Origin: Armatimonadota bacterium
Lineage (GTDB): Bacteria > Armatimonadota > Fimbriimonadia > Fimbriimonadales > Fimbriimonadaceae
Direction of reading: 5' to 3'
Assembly: GCA_031400935.1 (NCBI GenBank)
Contig: JANNQV010000051.1
Span: 1-64,000, forward strand
DNA length: 64,000 nt
Part shown: one piece after another, positions 18,590 to 29,900 of the stretch
Layout of the letters: the number at the start of each line of letters is the position of its first letter
Numbering within the stretch: position 1 is the stretch's first letter
The notes under the pieces: generated by a model
Database searches by the model: none
What the model saw: only the letters and a program-made list of their open reading frames with translations
What the model was told of the DNA's origin: nothing
Position numbers and translations under genes: made by a program

Positions 18590-18994
18590 GTGGCAGCCAA
18601 AGGAAATTTGTGGACAGGCACGATCCGAATTGACCAAGAAGGATTCGAATGCCGGATCGGTGCGCCTTGGACTCGACTTTTTCTAAGGAATGGTTGGGCT
18701 TTGACTGCGTTTCGAAAAATTTGGATGAAAGACGAGCAAACGTGGGAATTGTATTCGCGTGATGTCTGGTGGCGAGCACACGAACATCATCACATCGTTC
18801 AGCTTGATACATACTTTGGCGGCAACAACATTCGGTACCTGATTGCTTTCGTTTGGCAGTACGTTCGCTACCGCTCTCATGACAATGCTCCACTAGAAAT
18901 TGATGCGAATCGTGCGGCGGATGAATTTGTCCGTTCCCAAATTGACCCACCATTCGTCATAACAGGGGAACTCGGAGACATCGAGATTCCTTAG
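18590..18994 (+). CDS. Small zincin-like metallopeptidase-fold protein
   Basis: AHEHHHIVQ (HExxH) with downstream PLEIDA; GTG start 7 nt after TAGACT. Confidence 0.6.
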   Translation: MAAKGNLWTGTIRIDQEGFECRIGAPWTRLFLRNGWALTAFRKIWMKDEQTWELYSRDVWWRAHEHHHIVQLDTYFGGNNIRYLIAFVWQYVRYRSHDNAPLEIDANRAADEFVRSQIDPPFVITGELGDIEIP

Positions 18995-19007
18995 TACAAT
19001 AGCAATC

Positions 19008-19499
19008 ATGAAACGAATTCTTCCTCTCTCAATTTCCATTGCGCTTCTCAGCTTTTCAGTTGCCACCGCACAATTGGCCGTAGGCACAAAGGCACCCGAA
19101 ATAAAGCTTTCCGATTGGCAAAACTCAAAAGGGAAGAAGATGACGCTAGCTTCGCTCAAAGGCAAGATAGTAGTCCTAGATTTCTACACCTATTGGTGCG
19201 GCCCTTGTCGGCAAGCAACTCCAGACAATATTCGTATTGCCAAAAAGTACAAATCGCAGGGGCTCATTTTTCTGGGAGTGCACTCAGACGACGACGTCAA
19301 GGAAATGAAGAAGACGATCAAAACGTGGCCTATCAGCTATGCCGTCGGGCAAGATACGGGAAGCAAGGCGGCTTCGGCCTATAAAGTAACAGGCTATCCG
19401 ACCTATGTTTTTATTGATAGGAAGGGTGTGATTCGGCACGTTTCTCTTGGGCATGGGGACACAGAAGGGATCGTGAAGAAGTTGCTGGATGGGAAGTAG
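19008..19499 (+). CDS. Exported TlpA/ResA-family thiol-disulfide oxidoreductase
   Basis: Signal peptide, LDFYTYWCGPC, GYPTYVFIDRKGVIR. Confidence 0.9.
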   Translation: MKRILPLSISIALLSFSVATAQLAVGTKAPEIKLSDWQNSKGKKMTLASLKGKIVVLDFYTYWCGPCRQATPDNIRIAKKYKSQGLIFLGVHSDDDVKEMKKTIKTWPISYAVGQDTGSKAASAYKVTGYPTYVFIDRKGVIRHVSLGHGDTEGIVKKLLDGK

Positions 19500-19588
19500 T
19501 GTTTTAGGTTTTTGGTTTTAGGTTAACACCCAGCACCCAACACCCGACACCCATTACCCAATACCCAAACGGGTATCTTCACCCTCAA

Positions 19589-20134
19589 GTGATCACATTG
19601 GAAACAGCAAAAGTTGAAGTCCTGATTGACGCAGACGCGATCGCGGCACGGGTTGCGCAACTGGCTAAAGAAATTCAGCAAGATATCGGCGATGAACCGA
19701 TCCTCCTGGTTGCTGTTCTAAAAGGATCGTTCGTTTTTCTTGCCGACCTTTGCAGACATTTTGGAAGCAACGTTTCTCTGGATTTTCTTCAAGTTTCAAG
19801 CTATGGCGACGGAACTAAGTCAAGCGGAATTGTTCAAATTCTCAAAGATATTGACCAATCATTGGAAGGCAAAAACGTTGTCATTGTCGAAGACATTGTT
19901 GATACGGGAGCAACTCTTGCCCACCTGCGAGAACTACTTTGGCTTCGTCAGCCTAAGTCTTTGCGAATTGTTGCCCTGCTCAATAAGCCCGAAACACGAA
20001 AGGTAGTTATTAGAATTGATTACGTCGGATTTGAGATTCCCAACCAATTTGTGGTAGGATATGGACTAGACATTGCGGAGAAGTATCGAAATCTCCCTTT
20101 TGTCGGTGTTCTGCACCCTGAAGACCTTTCCTAA
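19589..20134 (+). CDS. hpt: Hypoxanthine phosphoribosyltransferase
   Basis: VLKGSFVF, VIVEDIVDTGATL, FVVGYGLD, YRNLP. Confidence 0.97.
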   Translation: MITLETAKVEVLIDADAIAARVAQLAKEIQQDIGDEPILLVAVLKGSFVFLADLCRHFGSNVSLDFLQVSSYGDGTKSSGIVQILKDIDQSLEGKNVVIVEDIVDTGATLAHLRELLWLRQPKSLRIVALLNKPETRKVVIRIDYVGFEIPNQFVVGYGLDIAEKYRNLPFVGVLHPEDLS

Positions 20135-20216
20135 ACCTCGTTGATTTGGCTTCGGTCATCTTTGAAACGGGAGCAGTTCGACTCCAAAATACTCAAACTA
20201 CTGAGATAGCAATTTT

Positions 20217-21602
20217 ATGCAGCATCAATTTCGCTCTCCACGCCCTACGGGCCAACAAAATCGCGGTCCTGCAGGTCCACGTCGTCGTCCACAAAAGGCA
20301 ATGCCTAAGGGAGATTCTTCTTCCGATATAGAGCTTCTTGCCGAGGTCGAGTTCAACCATTTTGACCAGATGGCTCCCGTAGAATTGGCTAAACTTGCCA
20401 AAAAGGCAAAGATTTCTCTCGATTTTCTTAAATCAGACATTATCGAATTGCTCTTAGTCGAAGCGAATCCCGAAGCTTTTTATGCAAAGGGCATTCTCGA
20501 ACTCATGAATGACGGATGGGGCTTTTTGCGCCGCGACAACTACAATCCGTCAAACGATGACGTATACGTGTCGCAGTCGCAGGTGAAGAGATTTGGCCTA
20601 CGCCAAGGAGATTTCATTTTTGGCCAGGTTCGACCTCCTAAAGAGGGCGAGAAATACCGAGGCATGATTCGAGTTGAAAGCGTTAACGGCAATGGAACGG
20701 GTTCCCCGGAAATGCTTACCCGAAAGGTTTTTGAGGAGCTCACTCCGCTTCACCCTGACGAGAGATTGGCAATGGAAACCGTTTCAGATAACCTGGTTTC
20801 CCGAATCATTGACTTGATTTCTCCGATTGGACGTGGACAGCGAGGTCTGATCGTTTCGCCTCCGAAAGCGGGCAAAACAACAATCTTGAAAACCATTGCA
20901 AACGCGATTACTGCGAACAATCCCGACGTTTACTTGATGGTGCTCCTTGTTGATGAACGGCCAGAAGAAGTTACAGATTTCAAACGATCTGTTCGAGGGC
21001 AAGTTATTTCGTCTACTTTTGACGAGCCGCCAGAGAATCACATGCGAGTTGCCGAGCTTTGCCTCGACCAAGCTAAAAGATTGGTGGAATCAGGGCGAGA
21101 TGTCGTTATCTTGCTAGATTCTCTAACTCGACTCTCTCGAGCAAGTAACCTTACAATCAATCCTTCGGGAAGAACATTGTCAGGTGGTCTTGATCCGGCT
21201 GCTTTGTACAGGCCTAGAAAGTTTTTCGGCTCAGCGCGTAACATCGAAGAAGGCGGTTCATTGACCGTTGTCGCAACAGCGTTGATTGACACTGGCTCCA
21301 AAATGGACGATGCGATTTTTGAAGAATTCAAGGGAACAGGAAACATGGAAATCGTGCTTGACAGAGACCTCGCCGAGCGCCGAATTTGGCCAGCTATTGA
21401 CGTGAAGAAATCCTCGACTCGTCATGAAGAAAAGCTCTTTGATGCAAATGAGCTTGAAGGCGTTGTTCAGCTTCACCGATTGCTTGCAAATCAGCAAAAC
21501 AATTGGGAGGCCACTGAGTCTTTGATCAAGTTGCTGAAACGAACTCCGACAAACCAAGCGTTCCTCGATCAGGTTATGCAGCGGATGAAAGCGACGGTTT
21601 AG
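20217..21602 (+). CDS. rho: Transcription termination factor Rho
   Basis: GWGFLR, DVYVSQSQ, PPKAGKT, DERPEEVT, FEEFKGTGNME. Confidence 0.98.
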   Translation: MQHQFRSPRPTGQQNRGPAGPRRRPQKAMPKGDSSSDIELLAEVEFNHFDQMAPVELAKLAKKAKISLDFLKSDIIELLLVEANPEAFYAKGILELMNDGWGFLRRDNYNPSNDDVYVSQSQVKRFGLRQGDFIFGQVRPPKEGEKYRGMIRVESVNGNGTGSPEMLTRKVFEELTPLHPDERLAMETVSDNLVSRIIDLISPIGRGQRGLIVSPPKAGKTTILKTIANAITANNPDVYLMVLLVDERPEEVTDFKRSVRGQVISSTFDEPPENHMRVAELCLDQAKRLVESGRDVVILLDSLTRLSRASNLTINPSGRTLSGGLDPAALYRPRKFFGSARNIEEGGSLTVVATALIDTGSKMDDAIFEEFKGTGNMEIVLDRDLAERRIWPAIDVKKSSTRHEEKLFDANELEGVVQLHRLLANQQNNWEATESLIKLLKRTPTNQAFLDQVMQRMKATV

Positions 21603-21722
21603 TTCAGGTTGGTTTGGTCAAGCCCGCGCATTCCCAAAAACAGACTTATCCAAGCTAATCTCTCCAATTAGCAGGTAAGTTCGTGTAACAACGCGGTTTG
21701 AAACCGTCGTACTTACCTCACC

Positions 21723-22994
21723 ATGTCTAACGAAGATTTTTCTCAAACTAACTGGGGCGCGGCAAAGCGCTTTCGACTCATCCTGCGCGAGCAAGGCTCC
21801 GCCCGCGAAATGGGCGGCGATGAAATGTCGCTTGCTGTCGGGATCGTTGACAACATTTTCATGAATGCCTTGGAAACGGGCACCTCGGACATACACCTTC
21901 AGCCCGAAAGAGACCAGCTTCGAATTCGCTATCGCCAGGATGGAATTCTTCATGCCACTGGCCAACTTCCTCCAGAGCAGGCAAACAACGTAATCGCTCG
22001 TCTCAAACTTTCTGCAGGAATGCGAATTGATGAAAATCGCGAGCCTCAGGATGGACGAATTGACATGGAATATATGGGGAGGCGCCTGTCTTGTCGTGCT
22101 TCATGCATCCCCTGTCTGAATGGCGAAAAATTCGTAATGAGAATCCTTGACCCGACGGCTATGCGGGTTGATCTCGAAAAACTGGGCATGGGTCCAGACG
22201 TCATTGAAAAGTGGCGAAGGGCAATCCAAGTTCCGTACGGCTTGGTCATCGTTACCGGCCCAACCGGCTCTGGAAAAACCTCTACTCTTTATGCTTCCCT
22301 GCACCAGCTTGATAGCCAGCACCGAAACATTGTAACCGTCGAAGACCCGATTGAATATGAATTCGATACAAACATTACGCAAGTTCAAGTTACAGAGAGA
22401 ATGACCTTTCCGCGGGTTATGCGTACGTTTCTGCGTCAAGACCCTGACGTTATGCTCGTAGGTGAAATGCGCGATCCAGAATCGCTTGCTATTGGTATCC
22501 AGGCAGGTTTAACAGGTCACTTGGTTCTCACTACGCTTCACACGAACAACGCGATAGAAACGATTGGCCGAATGCTTGACATGGGTGCTGAGGCGTATTT
22601 GGCTGCTGGTGTTACTGTAGCGATTTTGGCACAGAGGCTTGTCAGATTGAATTGCGGAAAATGCCGAATACCCTATCAGGCAACGGCTGCAGAACTAAAC
22701 GCCCTTGATTTGACCCTCGGCGATATCGAAGGTAAACAAGTTTCAAAAGGCAAAGGCTGTTCGGAATGCAGAGGAACTGGTTTCAAGGGCCGAGTTGGCG
22801 TTTTTGAGTTGCTTTTGGGCACTCCGGAATTTCGATTGGCCATAGCCAAGGGCGGCGACTGGCAAGCTTTGCAAGCTGCCGCAAAACTTCAGGGCGGTAG
22901 AACCATGCTCGACGATGGTCGCGACAAAGTCCTGGCGGGATGGACGACGCCGGAAGAAGTTATCAATGCAGTGTTTACGCAGACGTTGGAGTAG
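21723..22994 (+). CDS. GspE/PilB-family assembly ATPase lacking the N-terminal domain
   Basis: SDIHLQP, PQDGRI, GPTGSGKTSTLY, EDPIEY, LRQDPD, TGHLVLTTLHTN and two CxxC pairs. Confidence 0.92.
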   Translation: MSNEDFSQTNWGAAKRFRLILREQGSAREMGGDEMSLAVGIVDNIFMNALETGTSDIHLQPERDQLRIRYRQDGILHATGQLPPEQANNVIARLKLSAGMRIDENREPQDGRIDMEYMGRRLSCRASCIPCLNGEKFVMRILDPTAMRVDLEKLGMGPDVIEKWRRAIQVPYGLVIVTGPTGSGKTSTLYASLHQLDSQHRNIVTVEDPIEYEFDTNITQVQVTERMTFPRVMRTFLRQDPDVMLVGEMRDPESLAIGIQAGLTGHLVLTTLHTNNAIETIGRMLDMGAEAYLAAGVTVAILAQRLVRLNCGKCRIPYQATAAELNALDLTLGDIEGKQVSKGKGCSECRGTGFKGRVGVFELLLGTPEFRLAIAKGGDWQALQAAAKLQGGRTMLDDGRDKVLAGWTTPEEVINAVFTQTLE

Positions 22995-23007
22995 GGACCG
23001 CCGGCAA

Positions 23008-23140
23008 GTTATCGGTTGTTGGTTGTTGGCAGATAGCACTTGGCGGTTGGAAGTTGGTAATTGTCGGTTATCGGTTCTTCCGCTCTCCGCTCTTTGCTCT
23101 CCGCCTTCTGCTCTCGACACCAATCCTCAATCCAAAATGA
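23008..23140. repeat. Degenerate heptamer arrays (GTTGTTG/GTTATCG-type, then CGCTCTC-type)
   Basis: gttatcg gttgttg gttgttg ... cgctctc cgctctt tgctctc cgccttc tgctctc. Confidence 0.8.
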
Positions 23141-23185
23141 GAACCGCTTCTTCCGGGTATCTTGTTTATCCCTAACGGGACGACG

Positions 23186-23971
23186 ATGCAAGCCTTCCTT
23201 CAATGCGCAAGCTGCAAAAAGACGCTCTTCTCTTTAGAGTTTGAGCAGAGCCTTCGCGTATGTCAACATTGCGGACATCACCACCGACTTCCTGCCAAAG
23301 TGCGAATCGAGATGACCTTTGACGAAGGTTCCTTTGAAGAGTTTGATGCTGAACTAGGCGCATCGAATCCGCTTTCTTTTCCTGACTATAGCGACAAGCT
23401 CGCTGCCGCGAAAGAAAAAATGAATATGGAAGATAGCGCGGTTTGCGGGACTGCCAAACTCGAAGGAAATCTAGTTAGCATAGCTGTCGCAGATTTTTCT
23501 TTCATGGGAGGATCAATGGGAACGACCAATGGCGAGAAGATTACTCGAGCACTTGAGCGTGGAGTGGAGAAACGATGCCCGGTCATTATCTTTTGTGCTT
23601 CGGGCGGAGCTCGAATGCAAGAGGGACTGCTTAGTTTGATGCAGATGGCAAAGACTACTGCTGCGGTTCAAAAGTGCAATGAAAACGGAATTCCCTTCAT
23701 CTCGGTGTTTACCGACCCGACGATGGCAGGCGTCCTGGCTAGCTATGCGAGTGTAGCCGACGTGATTTTGGCAGAACCTAAGGCTCTCATTGGGTTTGCT
23801 GGTGCGCGAGTCAGCAAGCAAGCTGGAGTCAGCAAAGTTCCAGATGATTTTCAAACCGCCGAATTTCTATTGAAGCACGGAATGCTGGACCGAATAGTCC
23901 ACCGCCGAGATTTGCCAGCAACTCTATCATCACTTACTACTATGCTTGGAGGCCACTTGATTCAGGCGTAA
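23186..23971 (+). CDS. accD: Acetyl-CoA carboxylase carboxyltransferase beta
   Basis: C4 zinc finger, FMGGSMG, SGGARMQEG, IGFAGARV, FQTAEFL. Confidence 0.96.
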   Translation: MQAFLQCASCKKTLFSLEFEQSLRVCQHCGHHHRLPAKVRIEMTFDEGSFEEFDAELGASNPLSFPDYSDKLAAAKEKMNMEDSAVCGTAKLEGNLVSIAVADFSFMGGSMGTTNGEKITRALERGVEKRCPVIIFCASGGARMQEGLLSLMQMAKTTAAVQKCNENGIPFISVFTDPTMAGVLASYASVADVILAEPKALIGFAGARVSKQAGVSKVPDDFQTAEFLLKHGMLDRIVHRRDLPATLSSLTTMLGGHLIQA

Positions 23972-23975
23972 AGGT

Positions 23976-24959
23976 ATGGCAGATAAATCATGGAAGGAAT
24001 GGGAGCGCCCTCTTCTCGAATTAGAGAAGGGAATCCAAGTTTTGATTGAACAATCGAAACGGATGCCAGAAAGTTCGGAGAAGGATGAATTGGAACTGAA
24101 AGTCAAGGAATATGAGACAAGGCGAGACAACTATATTGAGGTCAAATATAGCCGACTAGGACCTTGGGAAAAAGTTTTGGTTGCCCGCGCTGAGCCTCGA
24201 CCGTACACGCTTGATTATGTCGCGCAGATTTTCACAAACTTTACCGAACTAGATGGCGACCGCCGGTTCGGCGCCGACCACGCCATTGTTGGCGGCCCAG
24301 CCAAATTTGGCGAAAAGCCTGTAATGGTCATCGGACACCAAAAGGGCAGGAATATTCAAGATCGCCAATTTCGAAATTTCGGAATGGCAAAACCCGAAGG
24401 CTACCGAAAGGCGATTCGTTTGATGAAAATGGCAGACCGATTCAAAATGCCATTGATTACCCTTGTGGACACCCCAGCCGCTGATCCAGGCGTCGAGAGT
24501 GAGTCTAGGGGCATTTCTGAAGCGATTGCCGCCTCAATGCTTGCCATGTTTGAACTTACAGTTCCCGTGGTTACCATCGTGATCGGCGAAGGCGGCTCGG
24601 GCGGCGCAATTGGCATCGGCATCGGAAATCGCGTTCTGATGCTTGAGCACGCGATCTATAGCGTCATACCTCCAGAAGGCTGCGCCGCGATTCTTTGGCG
24701 CAAGCCAGAAATGGGCGCCCAAGCCGCGGCCGCTCTGAAACTGACAGCTGCATCAGCTCTTGAATATGGGATTATTGACGAAATTTTGCCTGAACCAAAA
24801 GGCGGGGCGCATCGCGATCCCACAGCAGCCGCGGAGATTCTATCCTCAGCAATTTCGAGGCATCTGGCTGAGTTGCAGAAGTTATCGCCTGAACAACTAA
24901 AATTGGGTCGATATGATAAGTTTCGCAGGATGGGGCTAGATTCGGTTTTGGGAGTGTGA
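23976..24959 (+). CDS. accA: Acetyl-CoA carboxylase carboxyltransferase alpha
   Basis: RNFGMAKPEGYRKA, GEGGSGGA, YSVIPPEGCAAILW, GGAHRD. Confidence 0.96.
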   Translation: MADKSWKEWERPLLELEKGIQVLIEQSKRMPESSEKDELELKVKEYETRRDNYIEVKYSRLGPWEKVLVARAEPRPYTLDYVAQIFTNFTELDGDRRFGADHAIVGGPAKFGEKPVMVIGHQKGRNIQDRQFRNFGMAKPEGYRKAIRLMKMADRFKMPLITLVDTPAADPGVESESRGISEAIAASMLAMFELTVPVVTIVIGEGGSGGAIGIGIGNRVLMLEHAIYSVIPPEGCAAILWRKPEMGAQAAAALKLTAASALEYGIIDEILPEPKGGAHRDPTAAAEILSSAISRHLAELQKLSPEQLKLGRYDKFRRMGLDSVLGV

Positions 24960-25020
24960 AGATTCCCCCTCCCTCTTTCTCGTTTCTCGAAAAAGGGATG
25001 TGCTCGGAACACTACAAAAG

Positions 25021-26010
25021 CTACTCCTTCGCCCAAAACATTTCGCCAGCCGATTCTTGAATCACCGCCTCCTTCAAGACAGAAACCGCCTTTCTGAGTC
25101 CTTCCATCGGCGACATCAGCCCATCCTCATGTTCGATGCTCAACACGTAGTCATAGCCAACCATGCGGAGGTTTGAAACGAAATCTTTCCACCATTCCGT
25201 TCCATGTCCATATCCTACGGACCGGAACACCCAAGACCGTTTCAAAATGTCGCCGTAAGACTTTGTGTCCAGATTGCCGTTGAGGCTAGAATTATAGGGG
25301 TCAATGCGTGCGTCCTTGGCGTGGCAATGAAACAATGCTCCTTCTTGCCCCAGTTCTCGTACTGCGGCGATTGGGTCAATGCCTTGCCACCAAAGATGGG
25401 ACGGGTCAAAATTCGCACCGATCCATCTGCCGTCTGTGCCGACTTCTCGCCGAAGTCTAAGCAACGTGTCATTGGAATACACCACAAAACCTGGGTGCAT
25501 TTCGATTGCGAACTTCACGTTGTGCTGCTTCAAAAACGCAGCTTGTTCCTTCCAATAGGGAACCACAACTTGCGACCATTGCCATTCTAATATTTCACGA
25601 AATTCGTCCGGCCAAGCGCATGTGACCCAGTTTGGATTGACGGCATTAGGGCTGTCGCCAGGGCAACCGGAAAAGCCGTTGACAACGGGAATCCCTAGGA
25701 GGCTGGCTAGCTTAACTGCGTTTCGAAAAACCTCGTGGTGCTCCGTTGCAATTTCAGATCGTGGGTGAATTGGATTCCCGTGAACGCTGATTGCGCTGAG
25801 CATCAAACCGCGCTTCGTGATTTCGTTCATTAGGTTCTTTCGTGCTGCATCGTCATCCAACAATTGATTTACATTGAGATGGCTGCTCCCCGGATATGCG
25901 CCCGCACCCAATTCGACAGCTTGAATCCCTTCGGCGGCGGCAATGTCAAGAGTTTCTTCGAGCGATTTGTCTCCAAAAAGGGCAGTAAAAATTCCAATTT
26001 TCATTCCCAT
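25021..26010 (-). CDS. Sugar phosphate isomerase/epimerase (AP endonuclease 2-like TIM barrel)
   Basis: IEMHPG, NFDPSH, HCHAKD, LSIEHED metal ligands. Confidence 0.88.
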   Translation of the reverse strand: MGMKIGIFTALFGDKSLEETLDIAAAEGIQAVELGAGAYPGSSHLNVNQLLDDDAARKNLMNEITKRGLMLSAISVHGNPIHPRSEIATEHHEVFRNAVKLASLLGIPVVNGFSGCPGDSPNAVNPNWVTCAWPDEFREILEWQWSQVVVPYWKEQAAFLKQHNVKFAIEMHPGFVVYSNDTLLRLRREVGTDGRWIGANFDPSHLWWQGIDPIAAVRELGQEGALFHCHAKDARIDPYNSSLNGNLDTKSYGDILKRSWVFRSVGYGHGTEWWKDFVSNLRMVGYDYVLSIEHEDGLMSPMEGLRKAVSVLKEAVIQESAGEMFWAKE

Positions 26011-26080
26011 GTGTTTACCCTGAATGGCATCCGAAGATTCGAGAGAATTTCCATAGGCTGAAAACCGTCTGATATCTACT

Positions 26081-26827
26081 ATGTCATTGCTGTGCACCCT
26101 TGTTTCGATTGCCGTCCTTGCTCAAGTGCCATCGCCAACCATTCAGGACTTGACTGTTGGGAAGGGATTGGATGCGGCGAAAGGCGATGTGGTTTGCCTC
26201 GGCCTCAAAGTCACTTACTTGAATGGACAGATTTTTGACTCTACTTTTGGCCAGGCTCCGTTTTCTACAAAGCTAGGTTGGAGATTTCGTTTTGAAGGAT
26301 TTGTGCGTTTGCCATTTGCTGCGCTGGATGACGCTATTGTCGGAATGAAGGAGGGTGGCAAACGAAAGATCGTTCTACCGCCGCAACTGGCTTACGGAGG
26401 GCTAGAAGTTGGCGATTTGCCAAAGGACAGCCCATTGACATTCGAGGTGGACCTCTTTGAAGTTCTAAAAAAGGGCACTGTACCAACACTGAAGATTGAA
26501 GACACAGAAGTTGGCAAAGGGGATACTTTAGTAGAAGGAAAATCGGTTGTCGTTCATTTTCGAGGGACTTATTTGAATGGAACAGAGTTCGATTCGTCTC
26601 GAAAAATTGAACCCAATACTGAAAAGCCGTTTGACGCTCCCCTTGAATTCAAGTATGTTCCCGGCGCAATGGTAAAGGGCTTTATCGAGGGAATGAAGGG
26701 AATGAGAGTTGGCGGCAAACGCAAAGTTACAGTTCCATACAACTTGGCTTATGGTGAGAACGGAAGGCAAGGGATTGCTCCTTTTTCGACGCTAGTTTTT
26801 GAGCTTGATTTGGCTCAAATGTACTAG
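26081..26827 (+). CDS. Exported double-domain FKBP-type peptidyl-prolyl isomerase
   Basis: Signal peptide; two FKBP domains (FDST..GMKEGGKRK..LAYG and FDSS..GMRVGGKRK..LAYG). Confidence 0.92.
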   Translation: MSLLCTLVSIAVLAQVPSPTIQDLTVGKGLDAAKGDVVCLGLKVTYLNGQIFDSTFGQAPFSTKLGWRFRFEGFVRLPFAALDDAIVGMKEGGKRKIVLPPQLAYGGLEVGDLPKDSPLTFEVDLFEVLKKGTVPTLKIEDTEVGKGDTLVEGKSVVVHFRGTYLNGTEFDSSRKIEPNTEKPFDAPLEFKYVPGAMVKGFIEGMKGMRVGGKRKVTVPYNLAYGENGRQGIAPFSTLVFELDLAQMY

Positions 26828-26911
26828 GGGATTGGTCGGTTATTAGTTATTAGTTATCGGTTTCTGATTGGAAACTATCAAAACCCCATTCCCCAAAACC
26901 TATCCCCTTTC

Positions 26912-29900
26912 CTAAAATTTAATCTGAAAATCAAGCTGAATAGTCAAATTGTTCTTGTTTAGGGTTTCGGTCATGCCTTTCAAGTAGCTGACGTTGCCAA
27001 TGAAGAAGCTGAACTGCTGATGTGGACCTGGCCGCTGGTCAAATCGAATATGGTAGCGATCCGTTCGCTTTCGGACTCCACCAATGTCGGACTCTTCTAC
27101 GCCGTAGAACAATCCAAGTGGAGAACCGCTCTTCTTGTTGAGGGTCAAATTTACGCCTCCAAGTCGAGTTCGCGGTTGCCCTTGATCGCTAAATTCACGC
27201 CATTCCCCGCCAAGCTGGAGGTTTTCGCTCTTGTTGTAATCCAGCTTCCAGCGATTTTCTTTACGAGCCTGAGTTAGCGAACCTAAAATGACGTCTCCGC
27301 GAGCTACTTCTGGATTTGTGACCAAATGATGCGAAAGTTCAAAACTCTTCATCGGCTTTGCGACAATGCTGTAATCGCGAATAAGGATTTCTTCTCCTGT
27401 TGGAAGATTTCTTTGCTTATACTTCATATTCAGCCGAATCGGTCGTTTCTCGTCCTGGTCGGTCGTAAAGAACACAGACCGGTCAATTCCTCGCAGGCCA
27501 TTTGGAGCAACTTGGCTTCGGTAGTCGTAACCGATCCCGTTGCCAGAAATCTTGCCGGACATTGAAAACATTTGATTTTCTTTTAGCCAAACCGCTCGAT
27601 CGGCAGATGTATCCATACTTGCTTGAAGCTTCAAATCCGTCAATCCAAAAAACGTCATAGGCTTTACAGTCGCCAAGCTGAAATTGCCAAGTGCTTGGGT
27701 TCTTCCGCCTTCCCACTGGTTTTCGGTATAACCACCGTTTCCAACCTGTACATTTCCTGCTGTTCCGCCGGTCACGTTCAAATTCTGATTTTGAGTATCA
27801 AGCGCAGTTTCGCCAGCTTTGTGCTGGGCATAACCGTAAGCAAGCCGGATCCCGTTTGCTACATCAAACCAAAAGCCATAGCCACGCTTCTTTTCGTCAC
27901 GGTCCCCGCCGTCTCTGTCAATTGCGAGTTGTGTGACGCTGACGCCCATGTGCTTTCCAATATCCGTCGAAACTGTATTAGCGGAGATAGCTTCTTTTGA
28001 ACCAGATTCGTATGTCGTCGTTGTTTGCTCAGTTTTCACGCTTGTGGTCGCGCTAATTCGGGCTTCGTAGCCATAGTATCGCTTCTCCGAATCTACGAAA
28101 ACTGAATTTTGGCCCTCATAATCTTTGTTTTCCATCAAGACGCTTAGCTTTCCAAACCTTCCAAAATCACGGCTGAGTGACAGAAATTCAGTTGCATTTG
28201 CAAAGAGCAACGTCATCGGATCGTCGTTTCTCTCTTCAAATCTTCGGGCAACAATGTTCGATAACTTGTCGGGTTTATAAGCCAATTGGTAATTGCGAAT
28301 ATATCGGGTTTGATCCAGCGATTCGCTTCCCGAATCCAACAGGAATGCGTCAAATTTCAGGTTTGGGCTGATTTGCCAGGATGCTTTGACGTCTCTTTGC
28401 TGAAAGCCTCGCATGGCCGCTAAGAACTCTTTTTCAGGATCAATCAGCATTCCAACATTGGCAAAATTGGGATCAACTTCTCTCGAATTCATCGAAATTT
28501 GCAATTTTGGATCGGCGTAAACGAGCTGCTCGCGGGACGCCCCTCCGTTGGGAGAATTGGCCTTCATGTTCGAATAGAGGAAGGATCGGCTAGGGTTAAG
28601 CTGAACGTTCACTTTGAAATCTGTGCGTTCTAGTCCGCTAATCACACCAAGGCGATTCCTCTCAAGTTCCAGAAGCTGGGTCATTTCTTGAAATTGGTCG
28701 CCCATTTCTTGACGCCTAAAATCAATTTTGAACTTCTTCCCGTCCAGATTCACCGTGTCAACCGTAGCACCATCTGTCCTGCCCAATAACTGAAGGTGGT
28801 CAACATTCAACTTCATGTCTTTGAATAGCAGCGCGTTAAATCGAGTGAGTCCGCGGTCAATGCCCGAAGATCGTTGGAACCACTGAGCCTCTTCTCCCCG
28901 GAACGCTACGCCATTTGGTTCGTACATGCGTCCGATCGAGTTGATGTGCTCGTTTCGCTCGCCGTCTTGCATTGCTTGGTAGCTAGAGAATCCATCCGAT
29001 GCTGAACGGTTTACCTGCTCAAGGCTCCATCCGCTTCCTTGGTACTTCCAATTTGAAGCAAAGTACTCGCCATTTGCAGATGACAGAATATTTTGTGAGA
29101 ACGTCAATGGATGTCCAGGGCCGAAAAGTGAACTTTGGAGTCCGAACCATTGTCGGCTCATGCCAACTTCTCGCCCCCAAAGAGCTTGTTCGTCACCCTT
29201 CAGCGCACCCATGCGTGTAAAGCCCTGTTCGATTTCTTGGTCTCCGTAAGAGAATTTGAACTTATCAGAATCAAAAGTTAGCTCTCTTCGGTCAATCTTT
29301 GCTGAATTCGGGTCGGTGATTTGGTTCATGCTGAACGACAGCTTTCCAGCCTTTTGACCGAACGAGCCCACGAGAGTTTCGCGCTCCATTCCGATTTCCT
29401 TTCGAAGCTGTTCTCGGTCGCCTTCGGCAAGGTCTTGGAATCGGCGGAAACTGTCGCCAACTTTTTGGGACTTCCAGTTCAAAGCTAATACGCCCGAACT
29501 GATGCCGAGGGATTGCCACGAGATGTCCTCGCCGTTATCTTCAACAGTTCGGAAGTTTCCAGAGAGCTTTACCCCGCCTAAGTCTGCTTGCTTTAGGCCA
29601 AGTGCGAATCTCTTCAAGCCGCGTTCCTTTTGCAGTTGCTGAATCTGTGCGGCTTCAAAGCCAGCGTCAGTTGCAGCACCAAACCCGGCAAAGTTTTGGC
29701 TGATGTCTTGATAATTTAGTTCGAGTTCGCCCCCTCCTCCTAACGCGACAGCCATGTTTTGGAGTGCAAAATGCGATTTTCCAAGGTCTTTCGTTTCTTG
29801 TCGTGCGCGAAACTCATAATCTGAACCCGTATCAACTTTTTGGCGATTGCCAAGTAAGAACAGGCCGTTCATTGAAGTCGAGCCGAATTTAAGCCGGTTG

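Noticed and set aside
20217..20480. Large prion-like insertion in Rho
   Set aside because: Only a short Q/R/P-rich N-terminal stretch (about 30 aa); total length 461 aa is unremarkable.
22743..23203. Short ORFs over the heptamer tract (and similar ones at 36383-36830 and 61676-62209)
   Set aside because: Translations of repeats or antisense shadows with no protein-like features.
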